Positions 1 through 11,400 of a stretch of DNA of 64,000 bases are shown here, piece after piece. Source of the DNA: Macrostomum lignano (Eukaryota); the NCBI GenBank assembly GCA_002269645.1, contig NIVC01003081.1, positions 62,001 to 126,000 on the forward strand. Direction: 5' to 3'. The translations under genes were made by a program, and so were the position numbers. Each line of letters begins with the position of its first letter. Position 1 is the first letter of the stretch. The notes beneath the pieces were generated by a model. The model was not told the origin of the DNA, made no database searches, and saw only the letters and a list, made by a program, of their open reading frames with translations.

Positions 1-480
1 AATCATGAACGCACCCATAACTCAATCATGAACTCACTCATAACTCAATCATGAACTCACTCATAACTCAATCATGAACTCACTCATGAACTCACTCATG
101 AACTCACTCATAACTCAATCATGAACTCACTCATGAACTCACTCATGAACTCACTCATGAACTCACTCATAACTCAATCATGAACTCACTCATAACTCAA
201 TCATGAACTCACTCATGAACTCACTCATGAACTCAATCATGAACTCACTCATGAACTCACTCATAACTCAATCATGAACTCACTCATAACTCAATCATGA
301 ACTCACTCATGAACTCACTCATGAACTCACTCATGAACTCACTCATGAACCCATTCATGAACTCACTCATGAACTCACTCATGAACTCACTCATGAACTC
401 ACTCATGAACTCACTTATGATCTCACTCATGAACTCACTCATGAACTCACTCATGAACTCACTCATAACTCAATCATGAA
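1..480. repeat. 12-bp minisatellite (ATGAACTCACTC, with CATAACTCAATC variants)
   Basis: About 40 tandem units running off the window start; source of the MSEF/MNSL repeat ORFs. Confidence 0.97.
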
Positions 481-826
481 CTCACTAGTTCGCTTAATGG
501 CTCACCCCTCAACTCTAACGCTTGCCTTTCCGTCTGTTTCGTCACTGGATTGCTGCCTCTTCTTTTAACGCTCTGCTTTTTTATTGCTCTCTTGACCTGA
601 CCGAAAGCTGTTGCGACCACTTGCGCACTCTCCTTCTCTGCCGTTTGGCTTAAAATTTTTTGCCGCAATCGATTTGCGGTATCCAGGTGCCCTCCTAGTA
701 TTTTTGCGAAAGCTTAAGTTAAACACAATAAATACAATTTCTCTTACTGACCGATTTTAAGCACAGCTATGAGCTGAAGTCTTCTTTGAGAATATGGGGT
801 GAACTTTTAGCTGGATAGAACTGGGT

Positions 827-1171
<345 letters not shown>

Positions 1172-1210
1172 CCACTTTGACAAGTCTCTCTCCTTTCCTC
1201 TCTTCTCTAC

Positions 1211-1367
1211 CTCAGAAGGAATCGAACTGTATTTCCACTTCGCAGCCCAGTTTCTAACTGGAAATTTCCAGCACTCGTTGTTCCACATTTCAGCCCTAAA
1301 AGTGACTGTTTGTGTGGCCTTGAAGTTCGGCAGGATGCCCTCAGCGGCCTCTCCCTTCCTGCACCGC
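1211..1367 (-). CDS. Putative internal coding exon of an unidentified minus-strand gene ([52 protein letters not shown])
   Basis: Acceptor tgtgcag at 1368-1369, donor GAG|gtagag at 1209-1210; 157 nt = 1 + 52 codons with no stop. A possible next exon near 695-650 reads EGTWIPQIDCGKKF*. No family recognised. Confidence 0.35.
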
Positions 1368-1932
1368 CTGCACAGACTAAATTTGATACATTCAAATCGT
1401 TTGATCTTGCGGTGTGGACCGATTTCATTGACCTTGCAAAGGCGTTTTTTAACATTTTTCTTTAGGCTAGTACGAGTATAATACTCTAATTAAATCCCAA
1501 TCTATAAAGTAAGTTTCGATACATATCGGTGAAGAAGAAGGTGCAATAAACAGTCAAAATTCTCAGCGCAATAATTTCGCTAATTAAAGATTGTTTGATA
1601 CAGTTCGATCATTAAGTAGGTTTCTCATGCCGGTAATCTCTATAGCTGAAATTTGGGCGACAAGTTTTTCCGCAACTTTCTAAGCCACCGACTAGAAGAA
1701 GATCATTGCAACAATTTGCTTTTTTTCCCATGCGGCCTCTAATTTTCTAATTGAAATGGGAGTCTATCGAATGTCATAAAAAGTTTTTTTCGATTTAATT
1801 TTATTGCTCTCCGCCTCTTAAAATTCTATATGGATTTCGTGAGGCGCTGATTATGCTACTTATGTGAGTAGAAAAGCATCGCATTTTGTTACTATTTTTA
1901 AAGAAATAAAAACATTTTAAAAAATTTATTAG

Positions 1933-4900
1933 ATGGACGTTATGGCCATCACGAAGAAGATCTCGGACCTAAACGGTCGCCTTGGCAACATGGTTGCACT
2001 GTCCGAGCCCAGAGAGAACCACTACATTGCCTACAAGTGCAAAGGTTCAGCCGAGTTCAACGCCATCGATTCGGCAATAAGCAGTTTCGGCTCTGTGCTG
2101 GTCTCAGCCACTTACCCCGGCCTGTGCAGACTGGAGCTGCTGGAGCCAACTGCCACGGTGAATCTCACCTGCCGGGCCCGCCTTCAGGCTGTGGATTATC
2201 ATGGCCGGATTCGAACTGGGGGCGGCGATCCGGTCACAGCCAGGCTGGAGACTCCGCTAGGCGAACTGTTGGAAACTGCCGTTGAAGATGCGGAGGACGG
2301 CACCTATTTGGTGCGCTTTGTGCCGCTGTGTGCTGGCAGGCACCGGCTGACTGTCCGAGTGTTTGACAGGCCTGTCCGGGGCTGTCCGGTGGAGCTGGAC
2401 GTGGCCGGAAGGCACCGACCCGTTGCCAAGGTTACCGCTGGCTCGTCCGGCGCCTGTCAGATTGAAAGGCTGCAGGTGATTTATGGTTTGCTTGCTGACT
2501 TTGGGGGGGTCATTTGACCTTCTCTCCAGACTGATTTTGGGAGGGGTCATTTGACCCTATGTTCAGACTGCTTTTGGGAGGTCATTGACCCTCTCTTCAG
2601 ACTGATTTTATGAGGTCATTGACCCTCTCTTCAGACTGATTTTATGAGGTCATTGACCCTCCCCTCAGACTGATTTTTGAAGGGGGTCGTTTGACCCTCC
2701 CCTCAGACTGATTTTTGAAGGGGGTCGTTTGACCCTCTTAAGACTCCTTTTAGGAAGGGGTCAATTGACTTCCTCTAGTGTCTGTTAAAGCAGGGTTATT
2801 TAACTGCTTTTATCGCCTATTAAGGTAAGGGGTCGTTTGACTGCCTTCAGTGCCTGCTATGGGGGTCATTTGACTCCGAAATTAAGCCTATGGTAGCAGT
2901 ATTCATTGGGATAACTTTCTACTCATAGCAGGGGTCTGCATCGCCTAGGCCTGCCTTCAGCCTGCTATGGCCTCCGAGCCTGGCCGGGATGATCGCCAGT
3001 GCCGTTCGAGCCTGTGTTCGTGTCGGACACTGGCAATTGTCGGATAGCCGTTCTGGACTCGAATCTGCAGTGGCTGGGCGAGATCGGCAAAGACACAGCG
3101 GCCAGCGGCCGAGCGGCTACAGGGCTGGCTGTAGATGCAGCGGGGAGGCTGTGGGTGAGTTGGGTGGGCCATCGGCTGCGTGGAGGAGTTTTATGGGAGA
3201 TTATAAAATATTAGATTGTAGAACATGTCGTGTAGCATTAGGCTGTGTAATACTATACTGAGGCGGGACTCAGGCATGGCTCAGGCAGGGCTCAGTTGGG
3301 ACTCAGGCAGGACTCAGGCAGGGCTCAGGTGGGACTCAGGCAGGACTCAGGCAGGACTCAGGTAGGACTCAGGTAGGACTCAGGCAGGACTCAGGCATGG
3401 CTCAGGCAGGGCTCAGGTAGGACTCAGGTAGGACTCAGGCAGGACTCAGGCATGGCTCAGGCAGGGCTCAGGTGGGACTCAGGCAGGACTCAGGCATGGC
3501 TCAGGCAGGACTCAGGCATGGCTCAGGCAGGGCTCAGGCAGGACTCAGGTAGGACTCAGGCAGGACTCAGGCATGGCTCAGGCATGGCTCAGGCAGGACT
3601 CAGGCATGGCTCAGGCAGGACTCAGGCATGGCTCAGGTGGGACTTAGGCAGGACTCAGGCATGGCTCAGGCAGGACTCAGGCAGGACTCAGGCATGGCTC
3701 AGGCAGGACTCAGGCAGGACTCAGGCATGGCTCAGGCAGGACTCAGGCACAGCCTCGAACCGCCCCAAACACCGAAGGTGGCCAACTGGAAGGAGCGGCA
3801 GGTATTCGAACTCGACCCCAGCCAAGATCGAATTGTGTCAACTATCAGCGGCGACTTTCTCGCCGAGCCCGGCCTAGTAGCCGTCGGCAGCCGAGGCGAG
3901 GTTGTTGTGGCCGATGCCGGCTCCGGCCAGGTGCACATCGTTGACCCCGGCAGCGGCTGCCGCGTAGCCAGCATCGGCAACTCCTCCTCCTCCTCGAGGC
4001 GGCTGAAATCGTTGACCGCCCTGACTGCTGATTGGTCGAACTGCGCAGACGGCGGCTGCAGTCTGGTGTACGGACTCGCCAGCGGGGAGGTCACCGTCTG
4101 CGGCGGCGGCGACTGGGCGAAAATCGGCGACCTGCGATGCCAGTCTTCGAATGGCGCAGTGGCCGGATTGGCTGTTGACGAGTTCGGCCGCTTGTTGGTG
4201 GCGAGACAGCCGGGAGTTGTTCAGGTATTTATGGAGAGGGGGTCACAGGGGGGTCGAGGGGGTCAATTGACCCCTCACTGTCAATAGGAACGTAAGATGC
4301 GTTCAAGTGAAAATCGCTTGACTCAGATAGGGGTCAAGGGGTCGTGAAACTCCATAAGAAATACAAGAGGGGTCAAATGACCCCCTTCTTAAATATAAAA
4401 GGGGTCAAATGACCTTTCCGAAATACACTAGAGAAGGTTATATGATTTACTTCTGGATGTTCGAGGGTCAAGTGACTCCCCGATCCGAATTCAATACGGG
4501 GGTCAAGTGACTCCCCGATCCGAATTCAATACGGAGGTCAAGTGACTCCCCCATCCGAATTCAATACGGGGGTCAAGTGACTCCCCGATCCGAATTCAAT
4601 ACGGAGGTCAAGTGACTCCCCCATCCGAATTCAATATGGGGGGTCAAGTGACTACCCCATCGAATTTCAATACGGGGGTCAAATGACTCCCCCATCCGAA
4701 TTCAATACGAGGTCATGTGACTCCCATTCGAATTCAATACGGGGGGGTCAAGCGACTCCCCCATCTGAATTCAATACGAGGTCATGTGACTCCCTATTCG
4801 AGCGAACATTACTTTTAATAAAGATTTGCTAATCTCGATCCCCTTGCCTCGCAGGTGTACACCCGACCGCTTGGCGAGTTCATCTGCGACATTCTGCCGG

Positions 4901-5010
4901 AGGAGCAGGAGCGCCTGCGGCGTCCCGGAGGCGTCTGCTGCCTGCCCGACGGCTGGCTTGTGGTGGCCGACACTGCTGGCAATACGGTGAAGAAATTTCG
5001 CTACACTTGA
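1933..5010 (+). CDS. TRIM-NHL family protein (TRIM2/3-like), 3' part: end of coiled coil, filamin repeat, NHL propeller. Exons 1933-2475, 2961-3154 (one base short), 3778-4224, 4855-5010
   Basis: Filamin motif DYHGRIRTGGGDPVTARL...EDAEDGTYLVRFVP...GRHRLTVRVFDRPVRGCP. NHL blades VFVSDTGNCRIAVLD, GRLW|VANWKERQVFELD, GGVCCLPDGWLVVADTAGNTVKKFRYT*. All introns are GT-AG phase 0. The ATG at 1933 follows an AG acceptor, so RING/B-box exons probably lie upstream of the window. Confidence 0.88.
2505..2880. repeat. Degenerate ~33-35 bp intronic minisatellite built on GGGTCA-n-TGACCC palindromes
   Basis: Units such as GAGGTCATTGACCCTCTCTTCAGACTGATTTTAT in TRIM intron 1. Confidence 0.85.
3261..3750. repeat. 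10-bp intronic minisatellite (GACTCAGGCA/GGCTCAGGCA)
   Basis: About 48 units filling most of TRIM intron 2. Confidence 0.96.
4465..4800. repeat. ~38-39 bp intronic minisatellite (GGGTCAAGTGACTCCCCGATCCGAATTCAATACGG)
   Basis: About 9 tandem units in TRIM intron 3. Confidence 0.93.
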
Positions 5011-5107
5011 TGACCTCGACAGGACCTTGCTTTGTGGAATTGATTTTTGAGTGAGTCGATTTTTAAAGATAATATTCGCCCTCCCTTGATGAGATTAATG
5101 GATTTTT

Positions 5108-6465
5108 AGTGAGACTCATCGATCTGGGGTGAGATTAGTCTATCTGTAGTGAGATTCGTCCATTCTGGGGTGAGATTCGTCCATATGTGGTGGGATTCGT
5201 TCGTCTGGGTGAGATTCGTCCATCTGGGGTGAGATTCGTCCATCTGGGGTGAGATTCGTCCATCTGGGGTGAGATTCGTCCATCTGGGGTGAGATTCGTT
5301 TATCTGGGGTGAGATTCGTCCATTTGGGGTGAGATTCATCCATCTGGGGTGAGATTTATCTATCTGGAGTGAGATTCATCCATCTGGAGTGAGATTCATC
5401 CATCTGGAGTGAGATTCATCCATCTGGAGTGAGATTCATCCATCTGGAGTGAGATTTATCTATCTGGAGTGAGATTCATCCATCTGGAGTGAGATTCGTC
5501 CATCTGGGGTGAGATTCGTCCATCTGGGGTGAGATTCGTTTATCTGGGGTGAGATTCGTCCATTTGGGGTGAGATTCATCCATCTGGGGTGAAATTTATC
5601 TATCTGGAGTGAGATTCATCCATCTGGAGTGAGATTCATCCATCTGGAGTGAGATTCATCCATCTTGGGTGAGATTCGTTTATCTGGGGTGAGATTCGTC
5701 CATTTGGGGTGAGATTCATCCATCTGGGGTGAGATTCTTCCATCTGGGGGGAGATTCGTCCATCGGGTGAGATTCTTCCATCTGGGGTGACATTCATCCA
5801 TCTGGGGTGAGATTCTTCCATCTGGGGTGAGATTCTTCCATCTGGGGTAAGATTCATCCATCTGGGGTGAGATTCTTCCATCTGGGGTGAGATTCTTCCA
5901 TCTGGGGGGAGATTCGTCCATCGGGTGAGATTCTTCCATCTGGGGTGACATTCATCCATCTGGGGTGAGGTTCATCTATCTGGGGTGAGATTCGTCCATT
6001 TTGGGTGAGATTCGTCCATCTGGGGTGAGATTCGTTTATCTGGGGTGAGATTCGTCCATTTGGGGTGAGATTCATCCATCTGGGATGAGATTCGTCCATC
6101 AGAGGTGAGATTCTTCCATCTGGAGTGAGATTCATCCAGCTTGGGTAAGATTCGTTTATCTAGGGTGAGATTCGTTTATCTGGGGTGAGATTCGTCCATC
6201 AGAGGTGAGATTCTTCCATCTGGGGTGAGATTCTTCCTTCTGGGGTGAGATTCGTCCATCTGGAGTGAGATTCGTCCATCTGGAGTGAGATTCATCCATC
6301 TTAGGTGAGATTAGTTTATCTGGGGTGAGATTCATCTATCTGGGGTGAGATTCATTTATCTGGGGTGAGATTCGTCCATTTGGGGTGAGATTCATCCATC
6401 TGGGGTGAGATTCGTCCATCTTGAATAAGGTTCGTCCATCTGGGGTGAGATTCGTCCATGTGGAG
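5108..6465. repeat. 20-bp minisatellite (GTGAGATTCGTCCATCTGGG)
   Basis: More than 60 units starting about 100 bp after the TRIM stop codon. Confidence 0.97.
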
Positions 6466-7849
6466 GGGGGATTTTGTTTATTTTTATTTAGTTGCCTCAT
6501 CAAGTGAGATTTCTCGAAACTGCGTAAAACCTCACTGAGAAATGTGCACTAAATGTACTCAATTAATTTGAATTGCTTGATTGAGATGTTTAGTTATGCA
6601 TAAAAAAGTTTTTAATAGTTTTTCACGGTTCGAATTGCACCTTTGAAAACTAGCTAGTTGTTTTTCTGTTCACATTCTGCGTCTGAATTCGGCCCATTTT
6701 GTTGAGAACATAGTCAGCTAGAATTAATATTGATTGATTGTGATTTATGCTCAATTCTTATAGTTGTTGCCATAAATAATTTGTGCAAACAGAGCAGATT
6801 TTTTACCTTTAATCTTTCGTTTAATTTTTTTCATTTTTTTGTTATCATTTGCAATCCGGCACTTTTTAAATTTAGCGCTTTTTTAAGTTAGTCCTTTACC
6901 TTAACAGCCTACTGACTTGCTGATATCAGTAGGCAACTAAGCGCACCAACGTTATTATTTGCTCATTCCGCCTTCATTTAGTAGATTATTAAATTTGTTT
7001 TTTTGTTTATTCTTTCGCCAGTGCAAAGCCAGGTAAATAAACTGTAAAAACTGCTTAAACCACCTTTCTTTATCCGCTGAGGAGCAGGACAGGCTGGAAT
7101 TTTTATTAAAGAAAACAAGTTTGATAAAATAAATGCACAAAATTGTCTGCGCCTGTGCACCCGCTTAGTTAAACAAATTATAATTTGGGTGTTGCTGTTG
7201 AATTTTAAGTTATTTACTCGACATATCGGTAGGGTATTCCGTTGGAACTGAATTTGGGGCAGGACTGCTTTGCCCCCTGCAAAGCCCACAACAGTCACCT
7301 TTCCACTTCTCTCTCCCTTCAATTTTTTTCAGCAATGCAGTGCGGTTATCTTCTCTTATCTTGCACGAGAGTCAGTTGCGGTGATTACGTAATCTGTCGC
7401 GTTTGCTTCGTAACATATATGGGATAGGTTAGCAGGTGAGCCAGGCTGCCTGATATACACTACGATAGCGTATATTGGTATTAATAACTTTACTAAATAT
7501 AATACTGCAAAGTATAAATCTTTAATCTGTAGTTCTGAAAGCCTTTTAAAGATTATAGCTTAGAAGTATATTATTTTAGTATAGAAATTACCAAATTTGG
7601 TAGGTTCAAAAGTTGAAGCAAAATTTAAGAATGAACAACCAATGAATTATATGTTATATATTTATAATTTTGTAGTGTAACACGCTAATAGAACACATTG
7701 GCGGGCTAAAAAAGATGTTGAGCAAAATAACAATGGTACATGATGCAATATTGACTTCGATTTTGTAAAGAAAGCTTGATAAGTATTTTTTAATGAAACG
7801 AAACTTATATTTGCCTTGTGTTTATGAAAATTATGCATGAGATACAAAA

Positions 7850-8065
7850 AAGTTGCTATGATGTTGTCGCTATGCCGTTGCTATGGTGTTGCTATGCGGT
7901 TGCCATGCTGTTGCTATGCGGTTGCCATGCTGTTGCCATGCTGTTGCCATGCTGTTGCTATGCAGTTGCCATGCTGTTGCTATGCGGTTGCCATGCTGTT
8001 GCTATGCTGTTGCTATGATTTTGTCGCTATCCCGTTGCTATGCTGTTACTATGCTGTTGCTATAC
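7850..8065. repeat. 11-bp degenerate repeat (TGTTGCTATGC/TGTTGCCATGC)
   Basis: Tandem units; source of the CCYAVAM repeat ORFs. Confidence 0.9.
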
Positions 8066-8491
8066 CGCTGATATGCTTTTTCCGGCATTTTTATAAGATA
8101 ATATTGGCAACTCAGAATCAATTCTACGAGTAGTTAAAAGCATTCACAGGGTACGCCATGCGAAATTATGATTCAAAAACATTTCAGAGCAAAATAACAA
8201 ACGAACGAACAAAAAATAATATAATAGAAATTAAATCCCAGCAATATTTGGGGATAAATCAAGCAGCAAATTCACCGCTCAGGTACAGTTTGTAAACCGG
8301 GTACTGATTGAGAAGGAGATTAAAAAAGACTGCCATAACGAACACCTGAGTGAGTCCGTAAGTGCCCAGAAAAACTTATTTAAATTATCTTGAATTAAAA
8401 GTCTTTGTTAATAGTATACGAGCGAACAGATTTAAGTACTTAGATTAGCAATCCATTTTATAGTCCCAGATATAACAGATTACCCGAACAG

Positions 8492-11400
8492 TCACAGGTG
8501 TGGACTCCTGGCCAGGTGGATGAAGAACTCCAGCCGGTCACGTGACTCCACCCCGCAGCGGCCGCATCTGAAAGGGTTGCGGCCTCTGCTGTGGAAGGCC
8601 ATATGCAGGTGGTACATCAGGCTGTCCCTGAACAGCATGCCGCAGTGCCGACACTCGCCAGCCTCGACGTCTGGAGGCGTCGACGAGGTTGAGCAGCCGG
8701 ACGCTGATGAAGAACAGGATGCTGGTGCCACCTGCTGCTGTTGAGTAGAAGCAGACTGCAGCTGCTCGAACTGCTCAATCAGACGCTTCTTCTTGATGTG
8801 AGACGGAGAGGACTGAGTGGCCGGCAGCTTGGCTGACAGGTCCAACGGGTGCGTCGCGCTGGCCTCCTCGGTCGGCAGCTGTGGCATCGGCGCCGGGCTG
8901 AATGCTGCGACTGCGGCGCTCTGATCGGCGCCGAAGGGAAAACTTAATCCTCCACTGAAAGGGAGGCCCGGCTGCTGATGAGGCGGAATCAGTGGCGGAT
9001 GCTGAGGCTGAGGGACTAGCAGAGGTGGTTTAGGTGCACTGGCGACTTGGTGCGGTTGCCAAGGGGCTGGCAGAAGATGCTGTTGCTGTGGCTGCTGAAG
9101 AAACATGACCTGATCCTGCTGTTGACTCAGCGCGTCAGAGTCTAGCTTAGTTGCTGGGTACACCGGGTGACACCTGCAAGTTGTAGTGATGGGGTATTGT
9201 ATTCTACTCGTAATAAGAATGGGGAGACAGGATGACAGGACTGAGAGAGACAGGACTGAGAGAGACAGGACTGAGAGAGACAGGACTGAGAGAGACAGGA
9301 CTGGGAGAGACAGGACTGGGAGAGACAGGACTGGGAGAGACAGGACTGAGAGAGACAGGACTGGGAGAGACAGGACTGGGAGAGACAGGACTGGGAGAGA
9401 CAGGACTGGTAGAGACAGGACTGAGAGAGACAGGACTGGGAGAGATAGGACTGAGAGAGACAGGACTGAGAGAGACAGGACTGAGAGAGACAGGACTGGG
9501 AGAGACAGGACTGGTAGAGACAGGACTGGGAGAGATAGGACTGAGAGAGACAGGACTGGGAGAGATAGGACTGAGAGAGACAGGACTGAGAGAGACAGGA
9601 CTGAGAGAGACAGGACTGGGAGAGACAGGACTGGGAGAGATAGGACTGAGAGAGACAGGACTGGGAGAGAGACAGGACTGGGAGAGAAACAGGACTGAGA
9701 GAGACAGGACTAAGAGAGACAGGACTGAGAGAGACAGGACTCAGAGAGACAGGACTGAGAGAGACAGGACTGAGAGAGACAGGACTGAGAGAGACAGGAC
9801 TAAGAGAGACAGGACTGAGAGAGACAGGACTGAGAGAGACAGGACTGAGAGAGACAGGACTAAGAGAGACAGGACTGAGAGAGACAGGACTGAGAGAGAC
9901 AGGACTAAGAGAGACAGGACTGAGAGAGACAGGACTGAGAGAGACAGGACTGAGAGAAACAGGGCTGAGAGAGACAGGACTGAGAGAGACAGGACTGAGA
10001 GAGACAGGACTAAGAGAGAGACAGGACTAAGAGAGACAGGACTGAGAGAGACAGGACTGAGAGAGACAGGACTGGGAGAGACAGGACTGGTAGAGACAGG
10101 ACTGGGAGAGATAGGACTGAGAGAGACAGGACTGAGAGAGACAGGACTGAGAGAGACAGGACTGGGAGAGACAGGACTGGTAGAGACAGGACTGGGAGAG
10201 ATAGGACTAAGAGAGACAGGACTGGGAGAGATAGGACTGAGAGAGACAGGACTGGGAGAGAGACAGGACTGAGAGAGACAGGACTAAGAGAGACAGGACT
10301 GAGAGAGACAGGACTCAGAGAGACAGGACTGAGAGAGACAGGACTGAGAGAGACAGGACTGAGAGAGACAGGACTAAGAGAGACAGGACTGAGAGAGACA
10401 GGACTGAGAGAGACAGGACTGAGAGAGACAGGACTGAGAGAGACAGGACTAAGAGAGACAGGACTGAGAGAGACAGGACTGAGAGAGACAGGACTAAGAG
10501 AGACAGGACTGAGAGAGACAGGACTGAGAGAGACAGGACTGAGAGAAACAGGGCTGAGAGAGACAGGACTGAGAGAGACAGGACTGAGAGAGACAGGACT
10601 AAGAGAGAGACAGGACTAAGAGAGACAGGACTGAGAGAGACAGGACTGAGAGAGACAGGACTGAGAGAGACAGGACTAAGAGAGACAGGACTGAGAGAGA
10701 CAGGACTGAGAGAGACAGGACTGAGAGAGACAGGACTGAGAGAGACAGGACTAAGAGAGACAGGACTGAGAGAGACAGGACTAAGAGAGACAGGATTGAG
10801 AGAGACAGGACTGAGAGAGACAGGACTGAGAGAGACAGGACTGGGAGAGAGACAGGACTGGGAGAGACAGGACTGGGAGAGACAGGACTGAGAGAGACAG
10901 GACTGAGAGAGACAGGACTGGGAGAGACAGGACTGGGAGAGACAGGACTGAGAGAGACAGGACTGGAGAGAAAGACAGGACTGGGAGAGACAGGACTGAG
11001 AGAGACAGGACTGAGAGAGACAGGACTGAGAGAGACAGGGCTGAGAGAGACAGGACTGAGAGAGACAGGACTAAGAGAGAGACAGGACTAAGAAAGACAG
11101 GACTGAGAGAGACAGGACTGAGAGAGACAGGACTGAGAGAGACAGGACTGAGAGAGACAGGACTAAGAGAGACAGGACTGAGAGAGACAGGACTAAGAGA
11201 GACAGGACTGAGAGAGACAGGACTGGGAGAGACAGGACTGAGAGAGACAGGACTAAGAGAGACAGGACTGGGAGAGACAGGATTGAGAGAGACAGGACTG
11301 GGAGAGAGAGGACTGGAGAGAAAGACAGGAAGGGTTGAGTCCCTCAGCAATGCCTCACCTTTCAGTGGGTGCCGCAGCCGCCTGCAGCTTCAGCCTGGCC

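Noticed and set aside
2990-2992. In-frame TGA in the TRIM NHL frame as selenocysteine or readthrough
   Set aside because: The splice phase does not lead into that frame upstream of the TGA, and a one-base indel explains the data more simply.
6906-6935. GCCTACTGA...TCAGTAGGC hairpin as a pre-miRNA
   Set aside because: The 9-bp stem does not extend to pre-miRNA length.
6500-8491. Nanos/Pumilio response elements or let-7 sites in the hunchback 3' region
   Set aside because: By eye I found no canonical UGUANAUA, paired GUUGU/AUUGUA boxes or CUACCUC seed match on the minus strand, and the UTR end is unknown. A proper scan is needed.
9186-11350. DRTER/ETGL/SPVSL ORFs
   Set aside because: They lie inside hunchback intron 4, whose flanking exons join in phase (AG|G gives Arg).
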